From Diadema antillarum (Eukaryota), in the NCBI RefSeq assembly GCF_040938485.1, contig NW_027271814.1, forward strand, positions 744,001 to 800,429: a stretch of DNA of 56,429 nucleotides, written 5' to 3'. Below the pieces are notes generated by a model that was not told the origin of the DNA, did not search any database, and worked only from the letters and a program-made list of their open reading frames with translations. Shown here in pieces: positions 13,071 through 24,952 of this stretch. Position 1 is the first letter of the stretch, and the number at the start of each line of letters is the position of its first letter. Made by a program: the position numbers and the translations under genes.

Positions 13071-15081
13071 ATGGTACTTAACCTGGATGGATAGAACATC
13101 CAACATTGCAAGTGGATTCAGTGCAAAGTTGTTGCGAGAGGCAGACATGTCAAAAGCTTCATTCAAGAGATTATCAGACTCCAAGTTCTTGCATAATGGT
13201 GGCCTACAAAGTAGCCATTTTCATACTCATATTTCTGTGTGGAGGAAGTAGCTCCTCTTTGGTTTACGATTCTCATTTCACTGAAATGACGTTATGACGT
13301 ACAGTGTTTGAGACAACTTCTTCGCATATACACTGAAATTCATCTGAGTGATGGTTTGGGCATTGCTGCTGATGCTAAATACACATTCATAATGTCTTCG
13401 TTTGGGCATGAATGGTATTGAATCAATTTGTATTGTAACTTTGCAAGGCTTATTCTTAGCACACTGCAAGCTATTGAGACTGTCAGATGCACAGACCTCA
13501 TCAGCACAGTGCACAGAGCTTTCCCAAAACGTTGATTTTGCTCAAGAGTGAGACTCATGCATTTTTTTCATAATGATCTTCCGCATGATTATCACAAACC
13601 AGGGCCCATAGCCTCAACGTTCTCATTCCAGTGAAATATTTTTAGGTGATCCCTGTGTGGTGTATGGCAATAGGAAAGACGTCTAAGAGTGTCTTACATC
13701 GGAAATTAACTCGGGTAGTACACGATGTAGTTCTCTCAGCTCATTGTCTCATGTACAATGTAACACTTCAGCATGGGCCATTTGCAGATTTGAAAATACA
13801 AAAGTATTATCTTTTCATTCACTTATTTTTGTGGAAGTAATTGTGACAAGTTCTGTTTAGATATTTACATATTTTCATTGGGTGAATATCAAAAGTGCTA
13901 TATTTTTCATAGTTAATTTAATTCAGAACAAGCATTGTAAAAAATTTCCATATGAGACAGTGCTTATAAAATCTGTTTTTTGCTATTCATTCATTTACCA
14001 TGTTTTTGTGTCAGTGTACCTCCCATAAAAGACAGGGATACATTTGAACAAAAGGAAAGTGTAATTTCATAAGTAGGATGTAGTTCAAGCTTTTCTGTAT
14101 ACATGATTCTTTTTTATAGAAATTTCAAGAAATGGGAATAGTGATTCCATTGTACACACAAATGAGCTTTTATCTTGAGTAGGAGTTCAATTTAATACTG
14201 CTCTACCTGGTTTCTTAGTATGGGCAGAATTAAATTTATGTGGCTGCTTTGGATTTCTTTCTCCCTCAAGAAAGGAATATCCCCCTTCTGTGATATTATG
14301 GTGTTAAAATGATGTATGATGTTCTGCCAATTAAGAAGGTGATTTTTTCTGACAATTCCCCTATAACTGTTGGCAGGATGGTTGTTATGTTCTTATTAAA
14401 CCCCAGGTAGTTGTTGTTGTTGGGATGTGTTTTCAATGGAATGTTTCCTGAGATCCTACTTGTGCTTGGTCATGTCAGGAACTGCAAGGAAATCATTTTC
14501 ACCAAATTGCAGGAAATACCCACAGCTCTACAGTTTCTCCTCCACTCTCCAGGTTTGGTCTTTAAAGGTACTGTTAAAAAAAAAGATGTTTGCCGCTTGA
14601 AAAACTTGAGCTGCCCAGTCCCATAGACTTATTCAGTTTTAAAACACTGTAAATTTTGTTGCCTGCGAATGGGGGCTTGCAAAACAAGAAGAAAAGATGA
14701 CTCATAAGATTATGCAATGATTCAGGTGCATTAGTCTAGAGACATTTAAAATCAACTACGTGTATTGTTATGCATACTGACCCCCCTCCCCCCCCCCCCC
14801 CCAAGTTAGGGCTGATTTTAAATAGACATTTACATTTAAAAAAAGGCACCCAAATTGGACAGATCTACATGTTACCAGAGCCCCTGGTGTCATACAGTTT
14901 TTTAGCTGTATAAAATTAGGGTTGAAAATAAATGCTTCAGAAAAAGATCAATATCTTCCAGTGACCAGTGACAGTGTTGGAAGAAATCATGCAGTGAATA
15001 TTAATTGATTGTGATCACATATCTTTTGATATTGACGGCATAATTCTCAAACCTTTTGTATGCTGGAAATGCTTTTTCATG

Positions 15082-15250
15082 TTCTGCATCCAGCAAATAT
15101 TTTGCAAGGTTTTCATTTTTGCAGATTTTGCAAGTCAGGTGCTATTCACAAATTTTTAGACTCACAAAAAATATTGACTCTGATCCCGACATGAATGTGA
15201 TGCCAATTTAACTGCTCGCAAAATCATTAGGAAGTCCCTATTCGTGAAAG
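15082..15250 (+). mobile_element. Degenerate Tc1/mariner-like MITE, same subfamily as 40415-40659
   Basis: Shares ggtgctattc.c.aa.tt...aaaatattgactctgatcc.gac...aatttaac..ctcgcaaaatc with the 40.4-kb copy, with CpG decay. Confidence 0.6.
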
Positions 15251-15474
15251 CCACCATTATGTTAAACAATGTCCTTAAGTCACAATCTAAAAAAAAAAAA
15301 GAATGGGGGAAAATATGTTGAGTGGAGGGAAACCCCAAAGGGTAGCTACATAGGGCCTATATGTAGAATGTATAGACACTTTCAAAAATGTAAATGTTTA
15401 GATTGAGAGTTATTTACTGGTTGAGTGAAACAGAAATTTACTTTTCAAGTTCAGCAGAGATCAGGTTTGTTTGT

Positions 15475-15478
<4 letters not shown>

Positions 15479-15542
<64 letters not shown>
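15479..15542. repeat. (TG)n microsatellite
   Basis: About 32 perfect TG units. Confidence 0.95.
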
Positions 15543-15545
<3 letters not shown>

Positions 15546-15899
15546 ACAATCTAAGACTCAGTTGATGAATCCAGAACACAAGTGTTGTGTTCTGACTGAT
15601 GTTGGAATGCATTGTAAATCATGCTAGCAAATTGAGAAACGGATTTTACGAAACAGAAACACGTTGCAGTTGCCTTTCCCGATATTTTGTTGACCAAGCT
15701 GTGCAGACCTGAAATCTACCAAAATGATGACTCTTGCATTCATGTGCATTTTGAATGATGGAAAGAAAACACTGAGGTGTGTTCTACCAGTCAGACACCC
15801 GTATCAGTGCAAATTATTGCACTTTTTCCCAAGTAATCATAATTCCAAAATGGAGTGTGATGCTGAATGCACTATTTATCGAGATGTTTTGTTGTTGTT

Positions 15900-15995
15900 C
15901 ACACTGGCAAAAATCTTAAGAATTGGTTTGCAGTGCAAATCTCAAGATTTTGTTTTGAATCATGCTAATTTGGATATGTGGGTAGAAAGCCACTG
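15900..15995 (+). repeat. Dispersed repeat fragment starting CACACTGGCAAAAATCTTA (possible DNA transposon end)
   Basis: Similar sequence at 47042-47135. Only one terminus seen. Confidence 0.45.
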
Positions 15996-16243
15996 AGAGC
16001 TGCCACATTGTGGTAGAGGCCCTCATTTAAAAGGTATTGTTTACCATTGGGAGCAGTGATTTAAAAATGTTAGAGTTACACTGTATCACATTTGATGCAT
16101 ATTATGTAGGTCAGTTGTATCACAAAACATTCTACCATACAAATATTTTGCAATAGAATATACAATTTAAAGGAGATATCCCTATTTTTTTCCAATAAAT
16201 CATAACTGTAGATGGTTTAGTTTAGAAAGAATTTTATCATAAC

Positions 16244-16415
16244 NNNNNNNNNNNNNNNNNNNNNNNNNNNNNNNNNNNNNNNNNNNNNNNNNNNNNNNNN
16301 NNNNNNNNNNNNNNNNNNNNNNNNNNNNNNNNNNNNNNNNNNNNNNNNNNNNNNNNNNNNNNNNNNNNNNNNNNNNNNNNNNNNNNNNNNNNNNNNNNNN
16401 NNNNNNNNNNNNNNN
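16244..16415. other. Assembly gap (172 N)
   Basis: Run of n. Confidence 0.99.
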
Positions 16416-19400
16416 GATTATACTGATAAAGTTTTTAATTGGTGTGTTCTTATCCCTAACTTACATTTTAGAACTATCTAAAAGCACTAGAGCTGGGTTT
16501 TTGTTCATCTGTAAATGGTAAAAACTGCCTTTAACCCCCGTCATGGGTGGTCTGATGGTCTGAAATGGAAACAGAAAATAGAAATGGAGAAAAGTTTGCT
16601 CGCTCATTGCACAGAGGCACTGAAAACAGCAGGTTCATGTCAGCTCTGTAACATGCTCCTAAGAAGTGCAGTGTCATTGATTGAGAGGCTAGTGGCAAGT
16701 ATTTTTATTGATTCAAGAAAATGAGAGAATCAGCAGTTAGCAATTTTATTATCATTCAGAAATTTTGCAGTGTCCGTCTTACAAATTTATCCAAGAAGAA
16801 TGCATCCAATTTATAATGTTGCATTATTATTTTTTTTTTAGATTGTCTCATGGCACTTCACTCCTTTAAAAGCTCAGCCATTCTGTTCGCTGCCCTGTTT
16901 TCAGACACACTAAAATTTTTGTCATTCTTTTGATACCTTCTTTATAATGAGTGCATGATTATTGTAACATTGACCTCATAAATTCTCTGTGTTATCTCAA
17001 AAAAGCAACTGTCAGATGTTTCAGTCTTTAAAAAAAAAGACAAAATTCTACAAACATATTTTGATGGGGAGTCCAGGGTAAATCAGTAGGAAATTGGTGA
17101 TTTTAAACGTCACGCAAACACACAACTTTGTTACATTTCTGTCCGCAGGCAAAATTGCTTTGAAATTGAGAAGCTTTGATAAGAATGAAGGCTGTTGCCT
17201 TTGTCGGTTCTCATTATGTAATTGCCAATTTGACCCCGAGGTCATCTGAGATAGGCAGGATGCGAGTGTAGTTTGATTAGCACATATCTCAAACAGTAAG
17301 CTGTTCACTACCTAACAGGTGATTTGATGATCCAGCCATCAATCATGCTAGGGAAAAGAAGGGGCTCCTTGTAAACAAGCTTGGGCTTTCACCCAGGTCT
17401 TTAAACACATCATTAGTGCTTACAGTTTCAGGTTTCAATTAGGATTTTATGATTTGTTGACAGTCATGTGATGTTAATTGATGTTCCTGAAAGACGATGT
17501 GTACATATGCCCTTGATTTTTGGACCATTAGCGAACAAAGTGCATTTTAGTATGATAGAAGAAGTTCAAAGAAGAATCATTTCGTCTTTAATTATTTCAT
17601 GTGATAATCTGTATCTTTCGAATTATTATATTATGGCAGATTGGGCATTGATTTTGAAAAGTATTCCAAGATTACATATCATTCAATTAATACAATTTGT
17701 AATAGTGTTGAGAAATGATTGATCCAATACAGGCATTATAGCAAGTAGTGCCTTGAGAATGAGCAGGAATAGTTGGAACGCCTCCATTTGGCTGGGAGAA
17801 GATAAGCACAAGGGTTGGGGGGGGGGGGGGGGGGGGGGGGGGGGTAAAAGAGAGATTATCCCAGAAATTACCTGTGAAGTATTTAAAGAGATGAAGAGAA
17901 ATTTCAGTTGTCATGGCTACTGATCCCTATAGGTATGGGTTCTAAATTATTCAACATTAGCCGTACACTTATTGCCTAAAGAAGTCTGAGTAAGTTGATT
18001 GTCTGCATTTTTTCTATTCTTTGGTTTTTTTTTTTTGTCCAGTTTGATATTTGATTTATGTCCATTTAGTATGATTATTAAAGAAACTCTGCATTTTGTG
18101 TATCAAACTGTATGCACAGTATAACTGCTCAAACTTTGAAAGCTGAATATTCAGGTAATGGAAATATCCGTAGTGATTCTTTAAGTTAAAAGATACTTGT
18201 GAAATATATATGATCTGTAGGAGATTAGTAAGATGACACAGTGTGTCCAGCGTTATAATACTGTGTGACATCTTATACCCATGGACCCTTCATTAGGGTT
18301 TACAATTATACTCTTCATACTCACAAAGGCTGGTATGAAATAGAAATACCAACACAACAACATTGTAAACAGATAATGTTTGTTTCTCCAATATCTCAAA
18401 TTTTGCTAGTGTCCTTTGGCAGTTTCAGATATTTGATCATTTGTTATTGCCAAGTGCAAATATGCCTTGTTTCATGTGTGATCAGTAATTTGACCTGCCT
18501 TCTTCAAATCACAATTTGAATAAAAAAAGAAATAGAAGAGAGATAATTGGAATGTTGATGAAACTTGATGTACTCGTCTTCATATTTCTCAATCTATGAA
18601 TGTGAGTGAAAGCAGACCAAACAGATAAACATATTGAACTGAAAAGATTTCCTTCATTATCAGTGGGTTTCATAAATGAGAGGACTTTATTGAATGGACT
18701 TTCTCAACCTGTGTCTAAAAAAAGAAGATAGCAACAAAAACATTTCATATAAAGAAATCCTGACAACTGACTTCCTTTTTCCTTATTGTTACAAAGTGTT
18801 TGTGTTAATATTTGAGTAGTACTTATATGAACCGGTGAATTTAAGTCACATTGATCATCTAACTGAATGGAGTGCCACTCATGGGTGTATGGGCAATTTA
18901 AGATGAACACCAATATGTAGGGCAAGAGTTCCTTTTTAGTACAGAGATCTTATAGAGCTGTCAAGTTAGAGTGATGGTATTGGTTGAGGTGAGGATTCTG
19001 CCTTCAACTTTTTGCAAGATACTTAACAACCACTTTATGAAATGTTACACAGCATATAATTCGAGAGGAATTAGTTTCTGGGATTATACTTTTGTGTCAT
19101 GTACCCGGATCTAATCTCATAGGCAGTAAACATTTGTTTGATTGTGAGAAAGTCACCTGGATAGACAGAGTCCACTGCCACTTTGATGACAAGAAAGGTT
19201 TTCCATACCTTACATGGAGACCTCCCGGTGATAATGGATTTGAATCAAGAACCTTCCATACTGTGTGATGGATACACTGACCACAGAGCTACCAAATTCT
19301 GTTCCTTCTCCTGTAGCTCAGGCAGATAGGCTATCAGTAGAAATAATGACCAATGTCAATTTTCTCTCACTTTCTTTCTCTCCCCTCCACCTTTACTATC

Positions 19401-19536
19401 TGCTGTCTATTTCTATCTTCCTTTGTCTATATGCCTGTCACGCTCTTTCTTTCCCTAATTTTATTTTCTTTTAATATCCTGTTTCTGTGTTTCTCTGCCT
19501 ATATATCTCTCTGTTTCATTCTTCTATACCTTGTCA

Positions 19537-20598
19537 TTATACCCCCGCCAAACGAAGTTTGAAGGGGGTATATAGGAATCAGCGGACGGTCGGTCGGGCG
19601 GTCGGTCGGGCGGTCGGGCGGTCGGGCGGTCGGGCGGTCGGGCGGTCGGTCGGGCGGTCGGTCCGTTGCAAATCTTGCGTCGCGAACTACTTCCTCAGTT
19701 TTCAACCGATTCCCATAAAACTTGGCACAGATGTGTGCCTTGGGTTGTAGATGTGCAAGACGTATTTTTTGACAGTACCCAAAAGTACGTTGCCATGGTA
19801 ACGGCATATTATGGGCAAAAATGGGTACAAATCTTGCGTCGCGAACTACTTCCTCAGTTTTCAACCGATTCCCATAAAACTTGGCACAGATGTGTGCCTT
19901 GGGTTGTAGATGTGCAAGACGTATTTTTTGACAGTACCCAAAAGTACGTTGCCATGGTAACGGCATATTATGGGCAAAAATGGGTACAAATCTTGCGTCG
20001 CGAACTCCTCCCACAGTTTTTGATCAATTTTTATGAAATTAGGTACAGATGTTCATCTGAATATGTTAATGTGCAAGACACATATTTCCGCAGTGGCAAA
20101 AAGTGCGTTGCCATGGTAACGGCATGTTATTGGTAAAATATAGGGCAAAATGCTTCATGGCAAAACTGCTTCATCTGTGATCTTCCAATTCTCATGGAAT
20201 TCATATTGAATGTTTGTCTTAGGATATAGGTCAGCATGACACATTTCTTGACAGTGACAAAACGTATGTTGCCATGGTAACAGCTCACATATTATGAGCC
20301 AAAATGATGGAAAATTTTGTGTTGCAAACTACTTCCTCAGTTTTTGCCCAATTTCCATGAAACTTGGTACAGATGTGTGCCTTTGGTTGTAGATGTGCAA
20401 GACGCATTTTTCGACAGTACCCGAAAGTACGTTGCCATGGTAACGGCATATTAATGGCAGAAGATCAAGGAAAGATCTTGCGGATTTAACTACTTCCTCA
20501 GTTTTTTGACCAAAGCTTATCAAATGTTGTTTTGACCAAAGCTTATGAAATGTTGTTTGGCGGGGGTATAACCAGTTGCTGTAGCGACATTTCTAGTT
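19537..20598 (+). mobile_element. Non-autonomous Helentron-associated element (HINE; DINE-1/pearl-like) with 159-bp internal tandem array
   Basis: 13-bp subterminal inverted repeat ttatacccccgcc (19537-19549) / ggcgggggtataa (20559-20571), adjacent partial inverted repeat gggggtata (about 19564), (cggt/cggg) microsatellite 19585-19662, monomers at 19669, 19828, 19987 plus two diverged and one partial, 3' stem-loop gttgctgtagcgac and end atttctagtt. Confidence 0.85.
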
Positions 20599-20636
20599 CT
20601 TTTCATCTTTCCTTTCTTTTTATTTTTGGCCGACAG

Positions 20637-20865
20637 ATCCCCACACCAAAAAGCTGAAGGACCTCTTATCCAGTATCCAGCCACCGGAGGTGGAGCAACC
20701 CTCGGCGCGCTCGGTGACGGTGAGGTGGTCGATACCGGAGCCGTACCACGTGGGCCAGGGTGATGAAGACCTGTACGAGGACCGGGGGATTGATCCTGCA
20801 GCCATCAGTTACGAGCTGACCGTTGTGGACAAGTCCAAGAGCAGCAGTCCGAAAACCATTCAATG
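20637..20865 (+). CDS. FNDC3: Internal coding exon of an FNDC3A/FNDC3B-like gene (linker plus N-terminal part of first FN3 domain)
   Basis: Polypyrimidine tract plus cag acceptor (AG 20635-20636) and ATG|gtaagt donor (20866). GC-rich, 75 open codons: (D)PHTKKLKDLLSSIQPPEVEQPSARSVTVRWSIPEP...ISYELTVVDKSKSSSPKTIQ. Resembles remembered FNDC3A sequence DEETKAFEALLSNIVKPVASDIQARTVVLTWSPP...YGYEVLIS. No in-frame ATG, so absent from the ORF track. Confidence 0.9.
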
Positions 20866-21840
20866 GTAAGTCCGCATCTCCTATTACCCCTTTGGATCCT
20901 GACATGGGTGCTACAAACTTGATTGTTGATCGATTGATTGAGGAGTTCTCTTTGGTGTCACCTCCTGAGACTTACAGGACAGCTCTCTCTCTGAAATAAT
21001 CTGTACTATCATTCATAGGATACATTTATGCTTAACTTCTGGGCCGTAACGAACATTTTGAAACATGATAAGTGTAAAACATGGTTGCATCCTGACTCAC
21101 TTTAATATAAATGCTGTTTCAAAACGCCGGATCATTACGCACAAAAACGTGTGTTTACAATCAGCGAGTCTCTCGAGTCATGTGTACTGGCAATGCCTCA
21201 ATGCAAAAATCATGTACGGTGAACAGCTCGCTACAATAGGGCTTTATAGTTTTCCAACAATGCACAGTTGCATGTTAAAAAAATTGGCCCTTTCTCAAGC
21301 TTCAAAGAAAAATTGAGCATAAACGGTATCTCAGTGAACAACATTTTGGATTGGCATATATCAAAACTGCCAATTGAGCATAAATGCACTTGTAGCAATG
21401 GCCAAAGTTCTTTGGTTGCTGTGTAGCATTTATGGTTGCCGTGCCAGTACTTGCCAGCTGGGGAAGATTAAATCATTATTCCTGTCTTTCTGGAGAAGAT
21501 AAACCAAAATGTTGTAGCATCAGGTATGCAGAAAACTTGAGTTACTGCCAGTAATCTCCTGATCAATGACTGTAGCTTCACTACATTGGGTGGGGTTCGT
21601 TCTTGTAAACGCACTGTTGCATCACCGGCACACGACCAGTCGTCAAGAAATAATGAAACACTGTCCAACTCGTTGTTTGCTTGAATCAATAATCCAGGCC
21701 TGTCCTGATTTAATGATCGATTCATCAAAACATTCCTTGAAGAATCACAACTGAACATAAATACACCAATGTGTATCACGACGTGAACTTAAGATTCGAA
21801 CGTGGGATGAAGTGATGTGATGAAGTATAGTGTCGTAGAG

Positions 21841-21915
21841 AAGTGTCCTGAAAGTGTCTCGAAAGTGTCTCATGGGTGAAGTGTCTCATGGGTGAAGTGT
21901 CTCATGGGTGAAGTG
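21841..21915. repeat. Short tandem repeat (aagtgtc core; 11-, 11-, 16-, 16-, 16-bp spacing)
   Basis: aagtgtctcatgggtg three times, preceded by two shorter variants. Confidence 0.85.
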
Positions 21916-23695
21916 GTTTACTGTAACAAAGGAATACATGTATAATACACTTTAATTATACTGTAAATCCCTACTGCAAATTGTGCATAAGCGTCGTTAT
22001 AGCTCACCTTGTTTATACTTGACTAATATTACTAATAAACAATAATTGATTATAGTACAGTAATCAATGAACATAATACAATTGTACTTGAACTGAATGA
22101 TATTTACAATGTAATCGGACAAAGTCTTATAACTTCATCATTCTGAGGGGTTCACTTCATAACTTTCTACAATCATTATATAAACTACCTGTCTAGGTAA
22201 CACGAACAAAGTGTTTATAATCATTGCATAACACAGTCATAACAATGCATGAAATTATGTGTGTGTGTGTGAATCTCCTTCAAATAACTGAGATTTTGAC
22301 ATACAAATTGCTGTAAAGCTTTACTACTACAACTGTACAACTGTACACACCTTTAGTTATACCAAATGATGATGACAACAAACATTTCTTCTTATATCAC
22401 AATTGAATCGGGACAATCATTGATGTGTGGCTGAAATAACAAGTATTAAGCTTCTATCTCAACTTACCAACTGTTTGAGAACCCCAGTCAAATGTTGCTG
22501 TACAGTCCCATACTGTATTTTGCAGCCTCCACTGCTTCGTTGGTTCTGACTGCCTTCTATCACCGATAGTTGCACAGTGAAGAAGTGTCAGAAGTTTCGC
22601 TTGTTTAAAACCAATTCTCCCTTTTCTCTATACAAATTATATAAAAAACCAGATTTCTAGAAGTGAAACTACTTGAAACAGTGCCGACAGTGGTGCTAAG
22701 TGCACTGGGTCGGGCAGATTCCCCTTAGTGATTCGTCATCTTGACACGGTTAGTCCTCTTTTGACCTCTGTCATAACCCTTATGACCCACGTCTCTCTAT
22801 GAATATATTTGAACTATATACATATCAGATCTCCTCTACTGACATCTCATTATTCTGAATGAGTGTAGGCATTATAAGTCAAATACAGAGGAAAAATCAC
22901 ACTTCTGCCGCTACAATGACATCTCGAAACATGTGGCAGCAGAATGTGACCCGGGGATTGGTCCTCGAAGGGTTTCACACTTCAGAAAAAACTTGCTTGG
23001 AAGTACAGTGTGTGTGTGAAACATGTTTCCAAAATCATTTGTTATCATAGACACAGAAAGGAGTGTACTTGCTGATTCTTTACAACAGTTGTGATGCAGA
23101 TTCCGTGGCTTGTCAGTGAAACAAGCAAATCTCAACATGCCTATTATGGAAGAGTATATGCCGGAATGTGCGTAAACCATGATCGCAGTGAATACAAGAT
23201 GAAGCTTAGCTCTACCTTGTCACTTGTGTTGGTTGAAGGTGTCAAACCATTTGGATTACAAATGCATGTACCCACAAGAGAGCAAAACTAAATTGGTAAA
23301 CTACATAATTCCAGTTTGCTCTGAAACTTCCAAAATGTTACTTTTGTCAGCATTAAATCTACATTTGTATTTCTCAACACCTCTTTACAGCCACATTGTT
23401 AGCCAATCTAAAAGGGCTGCATGCAAGTTTCCAGGCATGATCCCATAGAGAGTTGTTCCCTCCCCCCTAACAAGAAACTCCCATCAAAGCGATTGTTTCA
23501 AGAGAAATCTTGGGGTCTTGAGATTCGGATGTTGCATGTCTCACCTCCCTGTGGAGGCACAGAAAAGGTCGTCATTTGCAAACACTCATAGTGATATAAG
23601 CTGTGATATATATGTATGTAAGAAGCAGTGTGGAGGAAGTGTGTGCCACATGTCTTGGTTGTAGTGTTTCTTTCATCAGCTTGTGAGAAACAACA

Positions 23696-23880
23696 CAGGG
23701 TTCGAAATTGGCGATGGTCCGCTGGCCATTGGCCACCCGAAATCACGTCGGACTAGCTAAGAATCATAAAATTCTGTGGTTACTAGTCCGTCTGTCTAGC
23801 CAAAATATTGCTTCAGTGTCAAAATTAATTCTAAGTAGTCCGCCTGGCTAGTTAAAAAAAAAAGTTAAGTGCGACCCCTG
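23696..23880. mobile_element. hAT-like MITE (185 bp)
   Basis: cagggttcga...tgcgacccctg imperfect TIRs starting CAGGG. No clear 8-bp TSD. Confidence 0.5.
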
Positions 23881-24858
23881 CAACATTACACAAATGAGGG
23901 TGCAGATTACAGAGTCGGTTTTTATTAAACTCATTTTCCCCTTGTAGGTACCATGACCATTTTATTTTCTTATACAAATATTTACCATCACTAGTCTCTA
24001 ATACCTTTGAAAACTTTTCTTCTTTTTTTTTTCAAGCTACATGATCCGAAACTTTCATAACTTGCTTGAGCTAAAATGGTTTATATAATAATTTTATGAG
24101 TGATACCGAGGAAATGAAAGTCATTATCATTTCTCTTGATGCCTCCTGCATCTGGGAGATGTTGCCTCCAATGAATATAAACTGTATTGCTCACTTTTGG
24201 AAATGATTTGTTTTGTGGAATTGCATGGAGAGGGGGAGGGAAATGTGAGGGGGTCGGAGGAGGCGAGAGATGATGGTGGAGGGTGGATGAAATACAATCA
24301 GTTTTGAGTGAAGGCCCTCGCCCCCCTACCCTGGCAGGTGAGGTTCCCACCGAGCCGTCAGAAGCATGTCTGCTCCTCCGCTAATGAGGTCGAAAGAGAA
24401 GGAAGGAGGTCACAGCCACCTCCGCTCCAGTGATGTACAAAAACTGGCCGATAACGCCTCCATGATGTGTGATACGTGATGTGTGTGTCTGCTTGTGTGT
24501 CTGAGTACCATCATTGTCGTTAACGACTGCAACATTTCTGCCCGCCGCCGGGGTTCATCCAGAGGGCAGTTGAGTGGACGGGTAAAAAACAAGATGACTT
24601 GGAGGTCATTGCCACAGATTTCTTCCCTCCAGCTGATATTGGGGGGGGGGGGGTTAGGTAAAACAGTTTCTTTGTCCTGAGGATGACTACAGATAACTAG
24701 AGAGTGGTCATTGCATAGTAAGTCTCCAATATTTTGCAGCATGTTCCCTCAATAGACTCTGTTAGCATGAAACAGGAATGCTTCAACTTGAATCATATTG
24801 TGTTGACATCGTATGTATATCATGTAGAGACTAATTAGTAAACTGTGAGAGGATTGAT

Positions 24859-24952
24859 TTAACCCATTGAAGACGAGTCCCCAGTAAACTCGGGCAAGAG
24901 TTTATGGGAAATGCCTGTTGTAGCAAAATCAAACTGTCATCAATGGGTTTAA
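24859..24952 (+). mobile_element. About 93-bp TTAA-flanked piggyBac-like mini-MITE
   Basis: ttaacccattga...tcaatgggtttaa, CCC-starting TIR inside TTAA. Confidence 0.8.

Noticed and set aside
12213-13251. Cluster of long Ser/Phe/Leu- or Arg/Lys/Glu-rich ORFs
   Set aside because: Translation of a GA-rich low-complexity tract that lacks stop codons by composition.
19170-19268. LTWRPPGDNG, resembling an FN3 strand-B motif
   Set aside because: No pyrimidine-rich acceptor, an in-frame stop soon after, and it lies upstream of the exon encoding the start of FN3-1.
19499-20136. 156-aa and 171-aa ORFs with internally repeated 53-aa peptides
   Set aside because: They arise because the HINE monomer is 159 bp (a multiple of 3). 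They are open on both strands and resemble no protein I recognise.
20620-20905. Minus-strand ORFs 20620-20805 and 20666-20905
   Set aside because: Antisense shadows of the real GC-rich + strand exon.
19669-21915. Tandem repeats as possible CRISPR-like arrays
   Set aside because: No unique spacers between repeats, a eukaryotic spliced-gene context, and no cas genes.
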